Virus record (IMG/VR): IMGVR_UViG_2740892444_000003
Span: 1-45,219 of that record
DNA from: a virus
Taxonomy: Duplodnaviria > Heunggongvirae > Uroviricota > Caudoviricetes
DNA: 45,219 bases
Reading direction: 5' to 3' (one strand)
A model generated the notes under the pieces. It worked only from the letters and a program-made list of their open reading frames with translations, was not told the DNA's origin and searched no databases. How positions within the stretch are numbered: the first letter of the stretch is position 1; the number at the start of each line of letters is the position of its first letter. Below are positions 1-10,781 of the stretch, piece by piece. The translations under genes were made by a program, and so were the position numbers.

Positions 1-933
1 ATGGACAACGACAAAATTGATCAACACAGCGACGAAATTGAAGTTGAGAGCGAAGAAAAAGAGCGCGGCAAAAAAATAGAAATAGATGAAGACCGACTCC
101 CCTCCCGGGCGATGGCAATTCATGAGCATATCCGCCAGGATGGTGAAAAAGAGCTGGAACGCGACGCAATGGCGCTACTGTGGTCAGCCATTGCGGCGGG
201 TCTGTCGATGGGCGCTTCGTTACTGGCAAAAGGGATATTTCATGTCGAACTGGAAGGTGTGCCGGGCAGCTTCTTACTGGAGAATCTCGGTTATACCTTT
301 GGTTTTATTATCGTCATTATGGCCCGCCAGCAATTATTTACCGAAAACACCGTGACTGCGGTACTACCCGTCATGCAAAAACCGACAATGAGCAACGTCG
401 GCTTACTTATGCGATTATGGGGCGTCGTGCTGCTGGGTAATATTCTCGGGACAGGTATTGCTGCATGGGCATTTGAATATATGCCTATCTTCAATGAAGA
501 AACTCGCGATGCATTTGTCAAAATCGGCATGGATGTGATGAAGAACACCCCCAGCGAGATGTTTGCCAACGCGATCATTTCCGGCTGGCTGATCGCCACT
601 ATGGTATGGATGTTTCCTGCAGCAGGTGCGGCAAAGATTGTGGTGATTATATTGATGACCTGGCTTATTGCCCTGGGTGACACCACCCATATCGTGGTCG
701 GTTCTGTTGAAATCCTCTATCTGGTGTTTAACGGTACGCTGCACTGGAGCGATTTCATCTGGCCCTTCGCACTACCTACTTTAGCGGGGAACATCTGCGG
801 CGGCACCTTTATCTTCGCGTTAATGAGTCATGCACAGATTCGTAACGACATGAGCAACAAGCGTAAAGCAGAAGCACGCCAAAAAGCAGAACGTGCGGAA
901 AACATTAAGAAAAATGATAAAAACCCGGCATAA
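1..933 (+). CDS. yfdC: Inner-membrane formate/nitrite-transporter-family protein YfdC (310 aa)
   Basis: Full-length ORF from the track; hydrophobic multi-helix protein recognised as E. coli YfdC, the gene that precedes argW in K-12. Confidence 0.8.
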   Translation: MDNDKIDQHSDEIEVESEEKERGKKIEIDEDRLPSRAMAIHEHIRQDGEKELERDAMALLWSAIAAGLSMGASLLAKGIFHVELEGVPGSFLLENLGYTFGFIIVIMARQQLFTENTVTAVLPVMQKPTMSNVGLLMRLWGVVLLGNILGTGIAAWAFEYMPIFNEETRDAFVKIGMDVMKNTPSEMFANAIISGWLIATMVWMFPAAGAAKIVVIILMTWLIALGDTTHIVVGSVEILYLVFNGTLHWSDFIWPFALPTLAGNICGGTFIFALMSHAQIRNDMSNKRKAEARQKAERAENIKKNDKNPA

Positions 934-1008
934 ATGGCGAGGGTTTAAGCAATCGAGCGGCAGCGTACTTACCCCGCACTCCATTAGCGGGTATACTCAT
1001 GCCGCATT

Positions 1009-1083
1009 GTCCTCTTAGTTAAATGGATATAACGAGCCCCTCCTAAGGGCTAATTGCAGGTTCGATTCCTGCAGGGGACACCA
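1009..1083 (+). tRNA. argW: tRNA-Arg (anticodon CCU), attachment site of the prophage
   Basis: 75-nt sequence GTCCTCTTAGTTAAATGGATATAACGAGCCCCTCCTAAGGGCTAATTGCAGGTTCGATTCCTGCAGGGGACACCA read directly; cloverleaf-compatible with anticodon loop CTCCTAA (CCU), T-arm GGTTCGATTCC and CCA end. Confidence 0.9.
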
Positions 1084-1244
1084 TTTATCAGTTCGCTCCC
1101 ATCCGTACCAGTCCGCAAAATTCCCTGAATATCAAGCCTTCCGTAGATTCACAGTTCGTCATGGTTCGCGTCAGATCGTTGACAGCCGCACTCCATGACG
1201 GGTAAAAAGTGGATAAAATAATTTTACCCACCGGATTTTTACCC

Positions 1245-2402
1245 ATGCTCACCGTTAAGCAGATTGAAGCAGCAAAGCCGAAAGAAAAACCATACCGCCT
1301 ACTCGATGGTAATGGACTGTACCTTTATGTCCCTGTATCCGGGAAAAAGGTATGGCAGCTTCGCTACAAGATTGACGGTAAGGAGAAAGTCCTAACCGTA
1401 GGAAAATATCCGCTAATGACTTTGCAGGAGGCAAGGGATAAGGCATGGACTGCGAGGAAAGACATCTCGGTTGGCATCGATCCGGTAAAAGCGAAAAAGG
1501 CTTCGTCTAACAACAATTCCTTTAGCGCCATTTACAAGGAATGGTACGAGCACAAGAAGCAAGTCTGGTCAGTAGGCTATGCAAATGAACTTGCCAAAAT
1601 GTTTGATGACGACATTTTACCCATCATCGGCGGCCTTGAGATTCAGGATATTGAGCCGATGCAACTGCTGGAAGTAATCCGCAGATTCGAAGATCGCGGT
1701 GCAATGGAGCGAGCCAACAAAGCCCGCAGAAGATGTGGCGAGGTTTTCCGTTACGCTATTGTCACCGGAAGGGCTAAATATAACCCAGCACCTGACCTTG
1801 CTGACGCCATGAAGGGATACCGCAAGAAGAACTTCCCGTTTCTTCCTGCAGACCAGATCCCGGCATTCAACAAAGCACTGGCAACATTTTCAGGAAGTAT
1901 CGTATCGCTCATTGCCACCAAGGTTTTGCGCTATACAGCCCTAAGAACGAAAGAGCTTCGTTCCATGCAATGGAAGAACGTCGATTTTGAAAACAGGATT
2001 ATCACCATCGACGCCAATGTGATGAAGGGACGCAAAATTCATGTGGTTCCTATGTCAGACCAGGTGGTTGAACTTCTCACTACGCTAAGCTCAATCACCA
2101 AACCAGTATCAGAGTTTGTTTTTGCCGGGCGCAACGATAAGAAGAAGCCAATCTGCGAGAATGCGGTATTGCTTGTGATCAAACAAATCGGCTATGAGGG
2201 TCTGGAAAGCGGTCACGGATTCAGGCATGAATTCAGCACGATTATGAACGAGCACGAATGGCCTGCTGATGCTATTGAAGTGCAACTGGCACATGCCAAC
2301 GGCGGATCTGTGCGCGGTATTTACAACCATGCTCAGTATCTAGATAAGCGCAGAGAAATGATGCAGTGGTGGGCGGACTGGATTGATGAAAAGGTGGAGT
2401 GA
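1245..2402 (+). CDS. intS: Tyrosine-recombinase integrase (P4-type)
   Basis: ORF immediately downstream of the tRNA; track ORF begins at a GTG at 1209, likely ATG start at 1245 (MLTVKQIEAAKP...); integrase-like C-terminal region; matches K-12 IntS from memory. Confidence 0.85.
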   Translation: MLTVKQIEAAKPKEKPYRLLDGNGLYLYVPVSGKKVWQLRYKIDGKEKVLTVGKYPLMTLQEARDKAWTARKDISVGIDPVKAKKASSNNNSFSAIYKEWYEHKKQVWSVGYANELAKMFDDDILPIIGGLEIQDIEPMQLLEVIRRFEDRGAMERANKARRRCGEVFRYAIVTGRAKYNPAPDLADAMKGYRKKNFPFLPADQIPAFNKALATFSGSIVSLIATKVLRYTALRTKELRSMQWKNVDFENRIITIDANVMKGRKIHVVPMSDQVVELLTTLSSITKPVSEFVFAGRNDKKKPICENAVLLVIKQIGYEGLESGHGFRHEFSTIMNEHEWPADAIEVQLAHANGGSVRGIYNHAQYLDKRREMMQWWADWIDEKVE

Positions 2403-2551
2403 TCCACCTTAACTATCGAAGAGCACAAAGTCTTGCAATCCAGTGCAAAGCTTTGCGTACCAGAGTTTTTCCTCATCAACTACCGCAAGTATCGATCGAT
2501 TGAGACTTGGATGATAGACTTCATGTCTTTCAGAACTCATTGATTAAATAA

Positions 2552-2914
2552 ATGTTAAAGCTATTTGCAAAGTACACCTCGATTGGTGTGCTGAACACAC
2601 TTATACACTGGGTGGTTTTTGGTGTATGTATCTATGCCGCGCATACCAATCAGGCTCTGGCAAACTTCGCAGGTTTCGTTGTGGCTGTGAGCTTTAGCTT
2701 CTTCGCGAATGCAAAATTCACATTCAAAGCATCGACTACAACGATGCGCTACATGTTATATGTCGGGTTCATGGGAACACTGAGTGCTACTGTTGGATGG
2801 GCTGCTGATAAGTGCTCGCTTCCTCCAATTATCACTCTTATCACCTTCTCCGCCATCAGCCTGGTGTGCGGTTTCGTCTATTCAAAGTTCATTGTCTTTA
2901 GGGATGCGAAATGA
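2552..2914 (+). CDS. gtrA: GtrA flippase-like bactoprenol-glucose translocase (120 aa)
   Basis: Small four-helix hydrophobic protein directly upstream of and overlapping (ATGA) the GtrB gene; canonical gtrABC organisation. Confidence 0.8.
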   Translation: MLKLFAKYTSIGVLNTLIHWVVFGVCIYAAHTNQALANFAGFVVAVSFSFFANAKFTFKASTTTMRYMLYVGFMGTLSATVGWAADKCSLPPIITLITFSAISLVCGFVYSKFIVFRDAK

Positions 2915-3840
2915 AAATTTCTTTAGTCGTTCCGGTCTTTAACGAAGAGGCCACGATACCTATTTTTTATAAAGCCGTGCGCGAATTTGAAGGGCTTCAG
3001 CAGCATGAAGTCGAGATAGTCTTCATAAACGATGGCAGCAAAGACGCTACAGAATCAATTATCAACGAGCTTGCTGTTGCCGACCCGCTTGTGGTTTCGC
3101 TGTCGTTCACACGTAACTTCGGCAAAGAACCTGCCCTGTTCGCAGGTCTGGACCATGCTACCGGGGAGGCAATTATCCCGATTGACGTTGATCTGCAAGA
3201 CCCTATCGAAGTTATTCCTCACTTGATAGAGAAATGGCAGGCCGGTGCAGATATGGTTCTGGCTAAACGCTCTGACCGCTCCACTGACAGCAGGCTGAAG
3301 CGTAAATCTGCTGAGTGGTTCTATAAACTTCATAACAAAATCAGCAACCCTCAGATAGAAGAGAATGTTGGCGACTTCCGGCTCATGTCTCGCGAAGTAG
3401 TAGAAAACATTAAGCTCATGCCAGAACGAAACCTGTTTATGAAGGGGATACTATCCTGGGTAGGTGGTAAGACAGATGTGGTTGAATACGTAAGAGCCGA
3501 AAGAGCCGCAGGAAAAAGTAAGTTTAATGGCTGGAAGCTTTGGAATCTGGCGCTTGAAGGGATAACGAGTTTTTCTACCTTCCCGCTGAGAATGTGGACG
3601 TATATCGGTCTCTTCGTAGCCGGTTGCTCATTTTTTTATGGGGCATACATGATTGTGGATACCCTTTGTTTTGGCAATCCGGTGAAGGGATATACATCGA
3701 TAATGGTATCGATGCTATTCCTTGGCGGCGTTCAGCTGATAGGTATTGGAGTGCTCGGCGAATACATTGGCCGCATTTACATCGAAACAAAGAACAGACC
3801 AAGATACATTACGAAAAGGGATAATGTTGAACATGAGTGA
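2911..3840 (+). CDS. gtrB: GtrB bactoprenol glucosyltransferase (GT2 family, 309 aa)
   Basis: N-terminal GT2 fold (VPVFNEE...DGSKD...DxD region) with C-terminal membrane helices; follows gtrA. Confidence 0.85.
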   Translation: MKISLVVPVFNEEATIPIFYKAVREFEGLQQHEVEIVFINDGSKDATESIINELAVADPLVVSLSFTRNFGKEPALFAGLDHATGEAIIPIDVDLQDPIEVIPHLIEKWQAGADMVLAKRSDRSTDSRLKRKSAEWFYKLHNKISNPQIEENVGDFRLMSREVVENIKLMPERNLFMKGILSWVGGKTDVVEYVRAERAAGKSKFNGWKLWNLALEGITSFSTFPLRMWTYIGLFVAGCSFFYGAYMIVDTLCFGNPVKGYTSIMVSMLFLGGVQLIGIGVLGEYIGRIYIETKNRPRYITKRDNVEHE

Positions 3841-5317
3841 TTCAGCGTTAAAAAACGATAAATTCCAGCGAATTTTTAGAATTGTTTTGCCATTGTCCAT
3901 TTTATACATATCTTGGATTGTTTTTACTGGCAGACTTTACATTGATGACTTAGGCCGTTCTCTTTACGGTTATACATCGTGGGGACAGGACGGCAGGCCA
4001 GCCTCTGATCTATTAATGTCAGCCTTGAGTTTTGGCACGCCAATCCTAGACATTACACCCCTTCCCCAGATTTTATCTGTCATTGCCTTAAGTGCAGTTC
4101 TGTCACTTTGGGGGGTAAAGTATCTGCCAAGAAAAGGCACAACCTCTTCTGCTGTATGTGTTTTATATTTTATTCTATCACCATTTTTCCTTGAGAATAT
4201 CTCATATCGTTATGACTCACTACCTATGTCTTTGAGTCTTGTTGCACTATTATTGCCATATGCATTGAAGAAAAAACCTTGGTCTCCTTTTCTACATTTC
4301 ATTTCTGTTATCGCTTCCCTGTCTTTTTATCAGGCATCAATATCGTTATTCATATTACTTATGATTATTGATGTAATTCATCTTTATTTTTCTAAAAAAG
4401 ATGATTTAAGACATCTAGAAATAATCAAGTCAATTGCAATTAACACGCTTGCCTTTGCTGCTGGATTTGTTTTTTATAAGGTATTAATTGCTAGCTCCTT
4501 TGCGTCAGGCTCTTATTCTGATGAGCACTCAAAAATTATAAACGTTGACCACACCTTTTTTGATGTACTGTATAATAATACAGTTGTCATATTTACGTGG
4601 CTTTTAAACCCGCTTTATAAGTGCTCACCTTTTCTCTTTAAGGGGTGCGCATTGATCTTGCTAGTTAGCATCATAAAGATATCAATGACATCCAAAGATG
4701 TGAAATCCAGAGTTATTAACTTATTTTTACTTTCCGCCTTGATTACTGCGGGCTTTTTCTCTTGCTTTGCACACATTGCACTTCTTAAAACCCCTGTGCT
4801 AGCGCCTAGAGTATTAATATCTTTCACAGGATTCTTCCTGCTTTTTGCATACCTAGTAGTCCAAGCCTTTGAAAGTAAAAAAATTCAGCTGATACTTTTG
4901 GCCCCTGTTGTTTTTTTTAGTTTCATACTTTCATTTTCTTATGCAAACGCATCAAGCTCCCAAAAGGAGCTAGATAAATTAATTTCCACCTCAATTTATA
5001 ACGACATTTCTCATCAAGATTTGAGTTTTAAAAATGTTTTCATTCATGGCGTTATGCCAACATCGAAGCAGAGGGCATTGATAGTCGAGAGACTTCCGAT
5101 AATGAATTCTCTGATACCTATTTATTTAAATAACAATTGGTCTTGGGGGGCTATGATTCTTAAGCATTACCTTCTCGACTACAATGTGGACGCAACAATT
5201 ACAGATCCAAAAAAGGAAATCTGCTCCTTAACACCATTCTCCAGGTCTAAGGATTATTCACTATACAGCAAAGGTGATACCTTAATAGTATCATTTGATA
5301 AGACTGGATGCCGCTGA
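3824..5317 (+). CDS. Serotype-specific O-antigen glucosyltransferase (GtrC-type polytopic membrane protein)
   Basis: Long very AT-rich ORF encoding a multi-pass membrane protein directly after gtrB; the track ORF starts upstream inside gtrB, most plausible start is ATG 3824 (or 3833) with an AAGGG RBS. Confidence 0.7.
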   Translation: MLNMSDSALKNDKFQRIFRIVLPLSILYISWIVFTGRLYIDDLGRSLYGYTSWGQDGRPASDLLMSALSFGTPILDITPLPQILSVIALSAVLSLWGVKYLPRKGTTSSAVCVLYFILSPFFLENISYRYDSLPMSLSLVALLLPYALKKKPWSPFLHFISVIASLSFYQASISLFILLMIIDVIHLYFSKKDDLRHLEIIKSIAINTLAFAAGFVFYKVLIASSFASGSYSDEHSKIINVDHTFFDVLYNNTVVIFTWLLNPLYKCSPFLFKGCALILLVSIIKISMTSKDVKSRVINLFLLSALITAGFFSCFAHIALLKTPVLAPRVLISFTGFFLLFAYLVVQAFESKKIQLILLAPVVFFSFILSFSYANASSSQKELDKLISTSIYNDISHQDLSFKNVFIHGVMPTSKQRALIVERLPIMNSLIPIYLNNNWSWGAMILKHYLLDYNVDATITDPKKEICSLTPFSRSKDYSLYSKGDTLIVSFDKTGCR

Positions 5318-5325
5318 TTAAAGTC

Positions 5326-5355
5326 TAGGCCGCCATGCGGCCTACTTTATTTTGG
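5326..5355 (+). terminator. Intrinsic terminator between convergent glucosyltransferase and tail fibre assembly genes
   Basis: Perfect inverted repeat TAGGCCGC-CAT-GCGGCCTA followed by CTTTATTTTGG. Confidence 0.5.
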
Positions 5356-5748
5356 CCAGTCAATATCAGGTGCCTTGGAAGTATCAACCCGGCTTAAAAG
5401 CACGCGATATTTTTTCAGTGTAGTTAACTGTGTTCTTTCTTCATCTGTCGCCATGTCTAGGTCGACCGCATCCTGTAGCACGTCGATGCGCTGGCTGGCG
5501 TCATCCATTAGCATCTTCTTCATTGCTACGTTTGACTGGATTTTTGCCTGGGTTAGATCTTCCTGCTGCTGCTCGGTCAAAGGTGGGCGCGAAAAATTAG
5601 CGCCGTCATACAGATAGCCAGGCCCGGCAATGTTGCTTTCATCGTATTCAACAACAATCGTCCCAGCATCATGCTGGTATTCTCCTTCCCCATCCCAAAG
5701 GAAAGTATTTTCCACTACTCCATCACGAACTAATGCCCATGTTTTCAT
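5347..5748 (-). CDS. Tail fibre assembly chaperone (Tfa)
   Basis: Small ORF immediately downstream of the tail fibre gene with start overlapping its stop; start taken at internal ATG (MKTWALV...). Confidence 0.65.
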   Translation of the reverse strand: MKTWALVRDGVVENTFLWDGEGEYQHDAGTIVVEYDESNIAGPGYLYDGANFSRPPLTEQQQEDLTQAKIQSNVAMKKMLMDDASQRIDVLQDAVDLDMATDEERTQLTTLKKYRVLLSRVDTSKAPDIDWPK

Positions 5749-6758
5749 TACGCATACTCCCAAATAATAACCAGCCCAGGTGCGCCATCACCACCAGCCA
5801 CAGCAGCATTGCCCGCTGTAACGGATGATGGGCCGCCGCCAGAACCGTAACCCGAACCATTGATGCCATGAGCATTGTTGGCTGTAATGTATCCTCCTGC
5901 GCCGAAGCGAGACGATCCACCAGGGGCGTCGACAATTATTGAAGAACTGATAACGACGGAGGAGCTGGCGCCTTCACCTGGAGTGCTAATTATGTTCGCC
6001 CCGGTAGCACCGCCTGAAACTACCGCCGCCACGGTAGAAAAAGGGAAATTGTTAGTTGGCCCTGCTGGTTCCCCTGAACTGCCACCTGCCGCCGTCATCA
6101 GGCTGCCGAAAGATGATGTGCCGCCGACAGAAGGATATACATCGGAAACCGTTCCACCCAAACCCTTGCCGCCAACAGTAACCTGAACCCCACTAAATCC
6201 AGAAGTGAACTGCCCTTTAGCGTAAGATCCAGCGCCACCGGCACCACCAACGGATACCTGGCCAGGTCCTGCGGCGCGCGCTCCAGCGCCCCCCCCTCCC
6301 CCGCCAACCATTTCAACAATTACTTTTTTCGTGCCGGGAGTAGCATTATAAATACCGGAACTGTAGAAAACCCGCACGTTCAGCAGGCGACCAACGTATC
6401 CGCTCTCATCTCCCAAACCGAGGTTTTCGAGAGCCGTTTTCACCGTGCCATCCGATTTGATATCGCCAAACGGATTCTTGCGGCTCAGGTATTCAACAGC
6501 AAATCCCGATCCCAGCAATTCAACAAAACCGGGCAGATCACCATTATCAAGCACATCCCGTTGCGTTTTGTCACTTACAAACTGGGCCAGAGCTGCAGCA
6601 ATAAAGCTGGCCTGCCGAATAACCTTATTGACTTGCGCACTGGATGCTTTCCCTGCTGTAAATCCGGATAAAAGCGCAGGCAACGCTTCCCATTCCTCCT
6701 GCGACATAACATTGGCATTCCGATCAGTTGCAAACGCTTTAAAGTCATTTTTCGCCAT
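5748..6758 (-). CDS. Tail fibre protein with glycine-rich repeat region
   Basis: ORF with long Gly/Ala/Ser-rich tracts ([25 protein letters not shown]...) between baseplate genes and Tfa; start taken at ATG overlapping the upstream stop. Confidence 0.65.
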   Translation of the reverse strand: MAKNDFKAFATDRNANVMSQEEWEALPALLSGFTAGKASSAQVNKVIRQASFIAAALAQFVSDKTQRDVLDNGDLPGFVELLGSGFAVEYLSRKNPFGDIKSDGTVKTALENLGLGDESGYVGRLLNVRVFYSSGIYNATPGTKKVIVEMVGGGGGGAGARAAGPGQVSVGGAGGAGSYAKGQFTSGFSGVQVTVGGKGLGGTVSDVYPSVGGTSSFGSLMTAAGGSSGEPAGPTNNFPFSTVAAVVSGGATGANIISTPGEGASSSVVISSSIIVDAPGGSSRFGAGGYITANNAHGINGSGYGSGGGPSSVTAGNAAVAGGDGAPGLVIIWEYA

Positions 6759-7438
6759 CAGAGTAATACTCCCCATGCCCCTACATCAAAACCACTGATG
6801 AATTCGTTATCCATATCAAAACCAAAAAATTTTGAGCCTTCCGATGGAGTTTCCACCGAAGGTGTTTCAATGCCCCCCGCCCATACCCCGGCGGCTTTTA
6901 CTGTTAGATACCCCTGTTTAATTGCCGCAATTAACTCACGCGATACATCTGAAATATCAGTATCAGGAAAGACCCAGACCGATATCGTCATGTCCTGGTT
7001 ATCGACTATCTGCATTCGCAGCCCGGATCCTGCTGTTGCAGCGTCAAGAATTGCTGGAAGCGAATCATTCCGTCCGTCCCAGTTATTAATCGCAATCTTC
7101 GCTTTAAGGATGACACGATAAGTTTCATCGCTGAGGTACATGTATCCGGAATCAGGATCGTATGGCCCCTGCCATACACCCTGATCATATCCAAGCCCGT
7201 CGGTATCCCAGCTGAAATAGACACCTGAGATAGGCTGGCTGACAACACGGCTACGCCCGATCCACAATCCCAGAATGTCAAGTTGCACACCAACGGCAGA
7301 GTCAATATCAAATGCAGTAATCAGCCCTCTGGTGGCAGCCGCAACATCAATAAGCGGCCGGGTCATCAGATCAACATGTGCAAGAAATTTAGGTTTGGTG
7401 GCGTGGTAGTTCGTGATTAGTTCGGTGTATTTGCTCAT
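6758..7438 (-). CDS. Baseplate protein (P2 gpI-like)
   Basis: Position between baseplate J-like and tail fibre genes in a V-W-J-I-H-G gene order; 226 aa. Confidence 0.5.
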   Translation of the reverse strand: MSKYTELITNYHATKPKFLAHVDLMTRPLIDVAAATRGLITAFDIDSAVGVQLDILGLWIGRSRVVSQPISGVYFSWDTDGLGYDQGVWQGPYDPDSGYMYLSDETYRVILKAKIAINNWDGRNDSLPAILDAATAGSGLRMQIVDNQDMTISVWVFPDTDISDVSRELIAAIKQGYLTVKAAGVWAGGIETPSVETPSEGSKFFGFDMDNEFISGFDVGAWGVLL

Positions 7439-8634
7439 GACTCCACCGTTATAACGATATTTTCCGGGGTACAGGACGCAGATTCGTTGTATCTGATATC
7501 AATGTTTGATGACGACAAAGCCCCCGGGGATTTCCCAATCGTCAGTTCCTGAATATCGTAATAGCGTGCATTCCCGCCACTCACCACGCCAAGATTCGCC
7601 GGTGAGTAAATGCGACTTAAAAGGACCGAATCACCGATCGTCAGACTATTGATATAGTCGGAAATAGCCTGCTGGATCTGCTGCCCTATCTGTGAGGTAT
7701 AACCCGTAAAAACTTTTAATTTAATCCGGGCATAAACAGGCACATCACTGGAACGCGAGAATTTGATTACATGGGGATTGCCGTATTTATCCGGAACCGT
7801 AACGGATGTTGTACCGTGAGTGGCTGTACCCTGGCCTTTATTCCCTCTGATAGCCTGAGCAATATCCGTCACATCACCGCCATCCACAATTACAGCAACA
7901 GAGTGTGGCGGTAACCCGTTACCGTCCTCCGAACCAGTATCGTTTTCATAGAGTTTGTGGCGGGTTACACCGGTAACATTAGAAACAGCACCATCCAGTG
8001 CTTCAAATGGGGTTATTGATGGCAACGCAACACTTTGCGACTGGCGGATACGTAACTCAGCATCATTTTCTGCCGGAGAGCCAACAGTAGCCGCAGCAGG
8101 ATTAGTTACCGAAACCCAGCCACGGGTTGGCGTATTAATTTCAGTGATAGTTCCAGCCAGCGCCGCCACTGCACCACTGACGGAACATGTTGCGGTCACC
8201 ATCACTGTACCATCCACGCCGACCACCACTGAAGCAGGCAAACGCCATATCACATTATTACTGTCTTTCACGCTGCCATTAATGATGGTTGTTCCGGCAG
8301 TTCCTGTAAGAAGCAAATCAACCGTAGAGTTCGTCGCGCCTTTACGTGAAATACCATTTATTTTCACGTTACTGGTCAGTGCAGCCCCATAGCCGGTTGC
8401 CGGTGAAAAACAGTTGTAGACAGTTATCGCCATATTATTGGTATCATGAATCGCCAGCGCCATCAGAGCCACCATCTGGCCGTCTTTGCTGTCCGGTTCG
8501 AGGTAGGCATCACTGCCATAAATCTGCTGAAAATAGCTAATCAGGGTGCTGAGTATCGTCTGATAATCAGGCGCACTGATCCCCTCCGCGGTTACCTTTG
8601 CAGATAAACCGAGAGAATCAAGGTTCAGAGCCAT
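7435..8634 (-). CDS. Baseplate J-like protein
   Basis: 399-aa ORF in the conserved position after the gpW-like gene; size and order typical of baseplate J/gp47. Confidence 0.55.
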   Translation of the reverse strand: MALNLDSLGLSAKVTAEGISAPDYQTILSTLISYFQQIYGSDAYLEPDSKDGQMVALMALAIHDTNNMAITVYNCFSPATGYGAALTSNVKINGISRKGATNSTVDLLLTGTAGTTIINGSVKDSNNVIWRLPASVVVGVDGTVMVTATCSVSGAVAALAGTITEINTPTRGWVSVTNPAAATVGSPAENDAELRIRQSQSVALPSITPFEALDGAVSNVTGVTRHKLYENDTGSEDGNGLPPHSVAVIVDGGDVTDIAQAIRGNKGQGTATHGTTSVTVPDKYGNPHVIKFSRSSDVPVYARIKLKVFTGYTSQIGQQIQQAISDYINSLTIGDSVLLSRIYSPANLGVVSGGNARYYDIQELTIGKSPGALSSSNIDIRYNESASCTPENIVITVES

Positions 8635-8987
8635 TACGCCTCCGATGTAACAGTCGTTATTCCATAAAGAGTGTCGATTTCAGCGGAAAACATGACACGT
8701 CGGGTCGTGGTATCCACCGTCGTATTGAAAGAGAGGATTGATTTAACGCCCCGCGTTTCGAGGATGCGCTTACGGATCGCCAGGTTGTAGGTTTCCGGCT
8801 TCTGCTTACCGAGTACGGACTGGATCCACGGAGTCCCCTCGGTGGTGTCGAGAAACCATTGCCCATACCACAATTCGAATCGCGTTTTTACCGCCTGCGC
8901 CACGGCCTCCGGTGAGTTAATCAGCCAGGTATCATCGCCGCTGCCAAAGGTGTAATCGCCATCGGCGTCTTCACGTCTGTATCGCAT
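8634..8987 (-). CDS. Baseplate protein (gpW/gp25-like)
   Basis: 117-aa ORF between spike and J-like genes; overlapping start/stop coupling. Confidence 0.5.
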   Translation of the reverse strand: MRYRREDADGDYTFGSGDDTWLINSPEAVAQAVKTRFELWYGQWFLDTTEGTPWIQSVLGKQKPETYNLAIRKRILETRGVKSILSFNTTVDTTTRRVMFSAEIDTLYGITTVTSEA

Positions 8988-9742
8988 CAGTTAGGCGCTC
9001 CTGTGTTACCGCCGCCGGTCTGTACTCCGCCGTGCGTGTGCGTCATCAGGCTCTTACCACCAGCTTTTACATCGTTAGTCACCGTGACAGGGCCAAGCAT
9101 CGTCGCGGTGCCGCCGCTTTCGCCCATCCCCTGAGAGAGATTCCCGTTTATTGTCACGTTGCCGTTTAGCGTGATGGTGGGTGATGTGATCGTGGTTCCT
9201 CCTTCTGCTGTCGCCGTCAGCGCGCCGGGGGTTTTAACCGTGATGTTATGGCCTGCGGCCACTTCCACAAACGCAGCGCCATCATCAGTACGCAGTTGCG
9301 CGGCGCTGGTGCTGATTCCGCTGATTTTCTGCGCCTGAGACTGCGGACCGACGATACAGAACGCATCCGATAAATCATGCATTCTGTCATCAACCGTCTC
9401 CTGTATCCCGCCGCTCTGCCACCAGAAATCAATACAACGATCGGCAAAAACGACAAGACACTCATCCCCAGCCTTTACCGGAAAAGTCAACGTACAGCCT
9501 CCGCCGCGTGGGAATACCACCGGCACATCCACCAGCAGCGGGTAATTTTTGGTAACGCGATTGCCGTCGTTATCCGTTTCAACCGAACGGATAGAAGGCT
9601 GCACAACCGCCGTCACAGCGTCAGGATCGAATGACTGGACGATGCCAGGCAAAGCGACTCGGATCTGGTTCTTTGTTGTTTCCCGTTCAGATTTGAATGT
9701 TTCAGCAAGGTCGCCGCTGCGGGTCTGGTCAGATACTGCCAT
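8987..9742 (-). CDS. Baseplate assembly/spike protein (gpV-like)
   Basis: 251-aa ORF with Gly/Thr-rich C-terminal beta-repeat region typical of spike proteins; position before gpW-like gene. Confidence 0.55.
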   Translation of the reverse strand: MAVSDQTRSGDLAETFKSERETTKNQIRVALPGIVQSFDPDAVTAVVQPSIRSVETDNDGNRVTKNYPLLVDVPVVFPRGGGCTLTFPVKAGDECLVVFADRCIDFWWQSGGIQETVDDRMHDLSDAFCIVGPQSQAQKISGISTSAAQLRTDDGAAFVEVAAGHNITVKTPGALTATAEGGTTITSPTITLNGNVTINGNLSQGMGESGGTATMLGPVTVTNDVKAGGKSLMTHTHGGVQTGGGNTGAPN

Positions 9743-9761
9743 TTAGTAGGCTCCAGAAAGC

Positions 9762-9786
9762 AAAAAACCCGCCGGGTGGCGGGTTT
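9762..9786 (-). terminator. Rho-independent terminator ending the two-gene moron cassette
   Basis: On the minus strand, stem CCCGCC/GGCGGG with a 4-nt loop followed by TTTTTTG, directly after the stop of the 9785..10201 gene. Confidence 0.7.
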
Positions 9787-10201
9787 ATGAATCGTAGGTT
9801 TTCAATTTTTCGAGTTCATCAGGAGGAAGTTCTATGAAGGTTTCCTCTGCTAATTTTATCAGCCGGGGAAGCATCGAATCAGCTTGCTGATGAGCGTTTG
9901 GGCTGATGATTGCCAATATCTGATAGTGTTCATCGATATAAAGATGCTGAGCATATACCAAAAAATTATCACATGTCCGTTCACTCAGAGATGCTTCTGG
10001 AGGCCAGGGTTTATCGCCAGGTAGCTTTAAGTGAATTTTCCTGATGTTGGCAGCCATCGCATCATAGTTACGTTCAAAACCGCCTAACGAACCAAAACAC
10101 CAGAACTGGGAACCCTTTGAAATATAATCGGCAAGCATTTGAGCATACTTATGTGCTGCAGCTAAATGACGCAATTCTCCCGTGATACTGACTTTTGCCA
10201 T
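9785..10201 (-). CDS. YafO-like toxin candidate (138 aa), moron gene
   Basis: Motifs FERNYD, KIHLKL, LVYAQH, LAIISPNAH resemble the conserved blocks I recall for E. coli YafO (FGRDALYDD, HIHL, HLVYCQG, LIAILKPEPH); lower GC than flanking tail genes; start overlaps the upstream gene stop. Confidence 0.45.
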   Translation of the reverse strand: MAKVSITGELRHLAAAHKYAQMLADYISKGSQFWCFGSLGGFERNYDAMAANIRKIHLKLPGDKPWPPEASLSERTCDNFLVYAQHLYIDEHYQILAIISPNAHQQADSMLPRLIKLAEETFIELPPDELEKLKTYDS

Positions 10202-10202
10202 G

Positions 10203-10775
10203 TCACATCCATTTAGGGGCGTTGGCTCCCAGCATCTTATGCGATGTTGAGATCAGTTCAATAGCCTCTTCACGGGTAACATTATCTGACAAGAGTTCAG
10301 CCTGGAAAGGCTGCGATTGCCTAACTTCAGCGGCCAACTGAGTTGCAGTGTTCTCGACGGCGGTCAACGCACGAACATATTTGCGTTTTAATGGGCGCAA
10401 CATTTGCAGATGGCCTTGCCACATAGGGGACCTTTCCGCTTCAGAGAACATATCCACTAAATGTCCTTTAGCATTTCGGCATGCCTTGGCAAGACCTTCG
10501 AGATGGGATAAAAACCCTTCCGGAAGCTCATCAACAATGATTCTCCCATTTCGAAAAGCTTCGAGATGAGACATGCCTTCCTTCGCGGTATTTTCGATTT
10601 CTTGAGCGCGTGCAGCAATCGCGGTACAACGACGAAATGCCTCTTCAGCATCTAATCGTTGTGGCAGTTCACAAGCATTAGAGATCAGGGGTTTGAAAGC
10701 ACCGTTAACAGCTTCCTGAACCTGATTCATTTGTTGTGTAATTGTTGCCAGCGCAAATGCGTAGCTAATCGCCAT
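10203..10775 (-). CDS. Hypothetical alpha-helical protein (190 aa), upstream partner of the YafO-like gene
   Basis: ORF with GAGGGA RBS before ATG at 10775 (track ORF begins 2 codons earlier at TTG); no recognisable domain; coupled to the downstream toxin-like gene. Confidence 0.5.
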   Translation of the reverse strand: MAISYAFALATITQQMNQVQEAVNGAFKPLISNACELPQRLDAEEAFRRCTAIAARAQEIENTAKEGMSHLEAFRNGRIIVDELPEGFLSHLEGLAKACRNAKGHLVDMFSEAERSPMWQGHLQMLRPLKRKYVRALTAVENTATQLAAEVRQSQPFQAELLSDNVTREEAIELISTSHKMLGANAPKWM

Positions 10776-10781
10776 ACCCAA

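Noticed and set aside
86-744. Alternative-frame and antisense ORFs overlapping yfdC (86..355, 180..440, 291..686, 415..744)
   Set aside because: Fully contained in the yfdC coding region, whose frame gives a coherent membrane-transporter sequence.
3746-3823. Upstream extension of the third gtr gene ORF into gtrB
   Set aside because: It would overlap gtrB by ~95 nt in another frame; an ATG with RBS at 3824 gives a conventional start.
5875-6319. Plus-strand ORF 5875..6186 and minus-strand ORF 6098..6319 inside the tail fibre gene
   Set aside because: Generated by the Gly-rich repetitive tail fibre coding sequence in other frames; no independent support.
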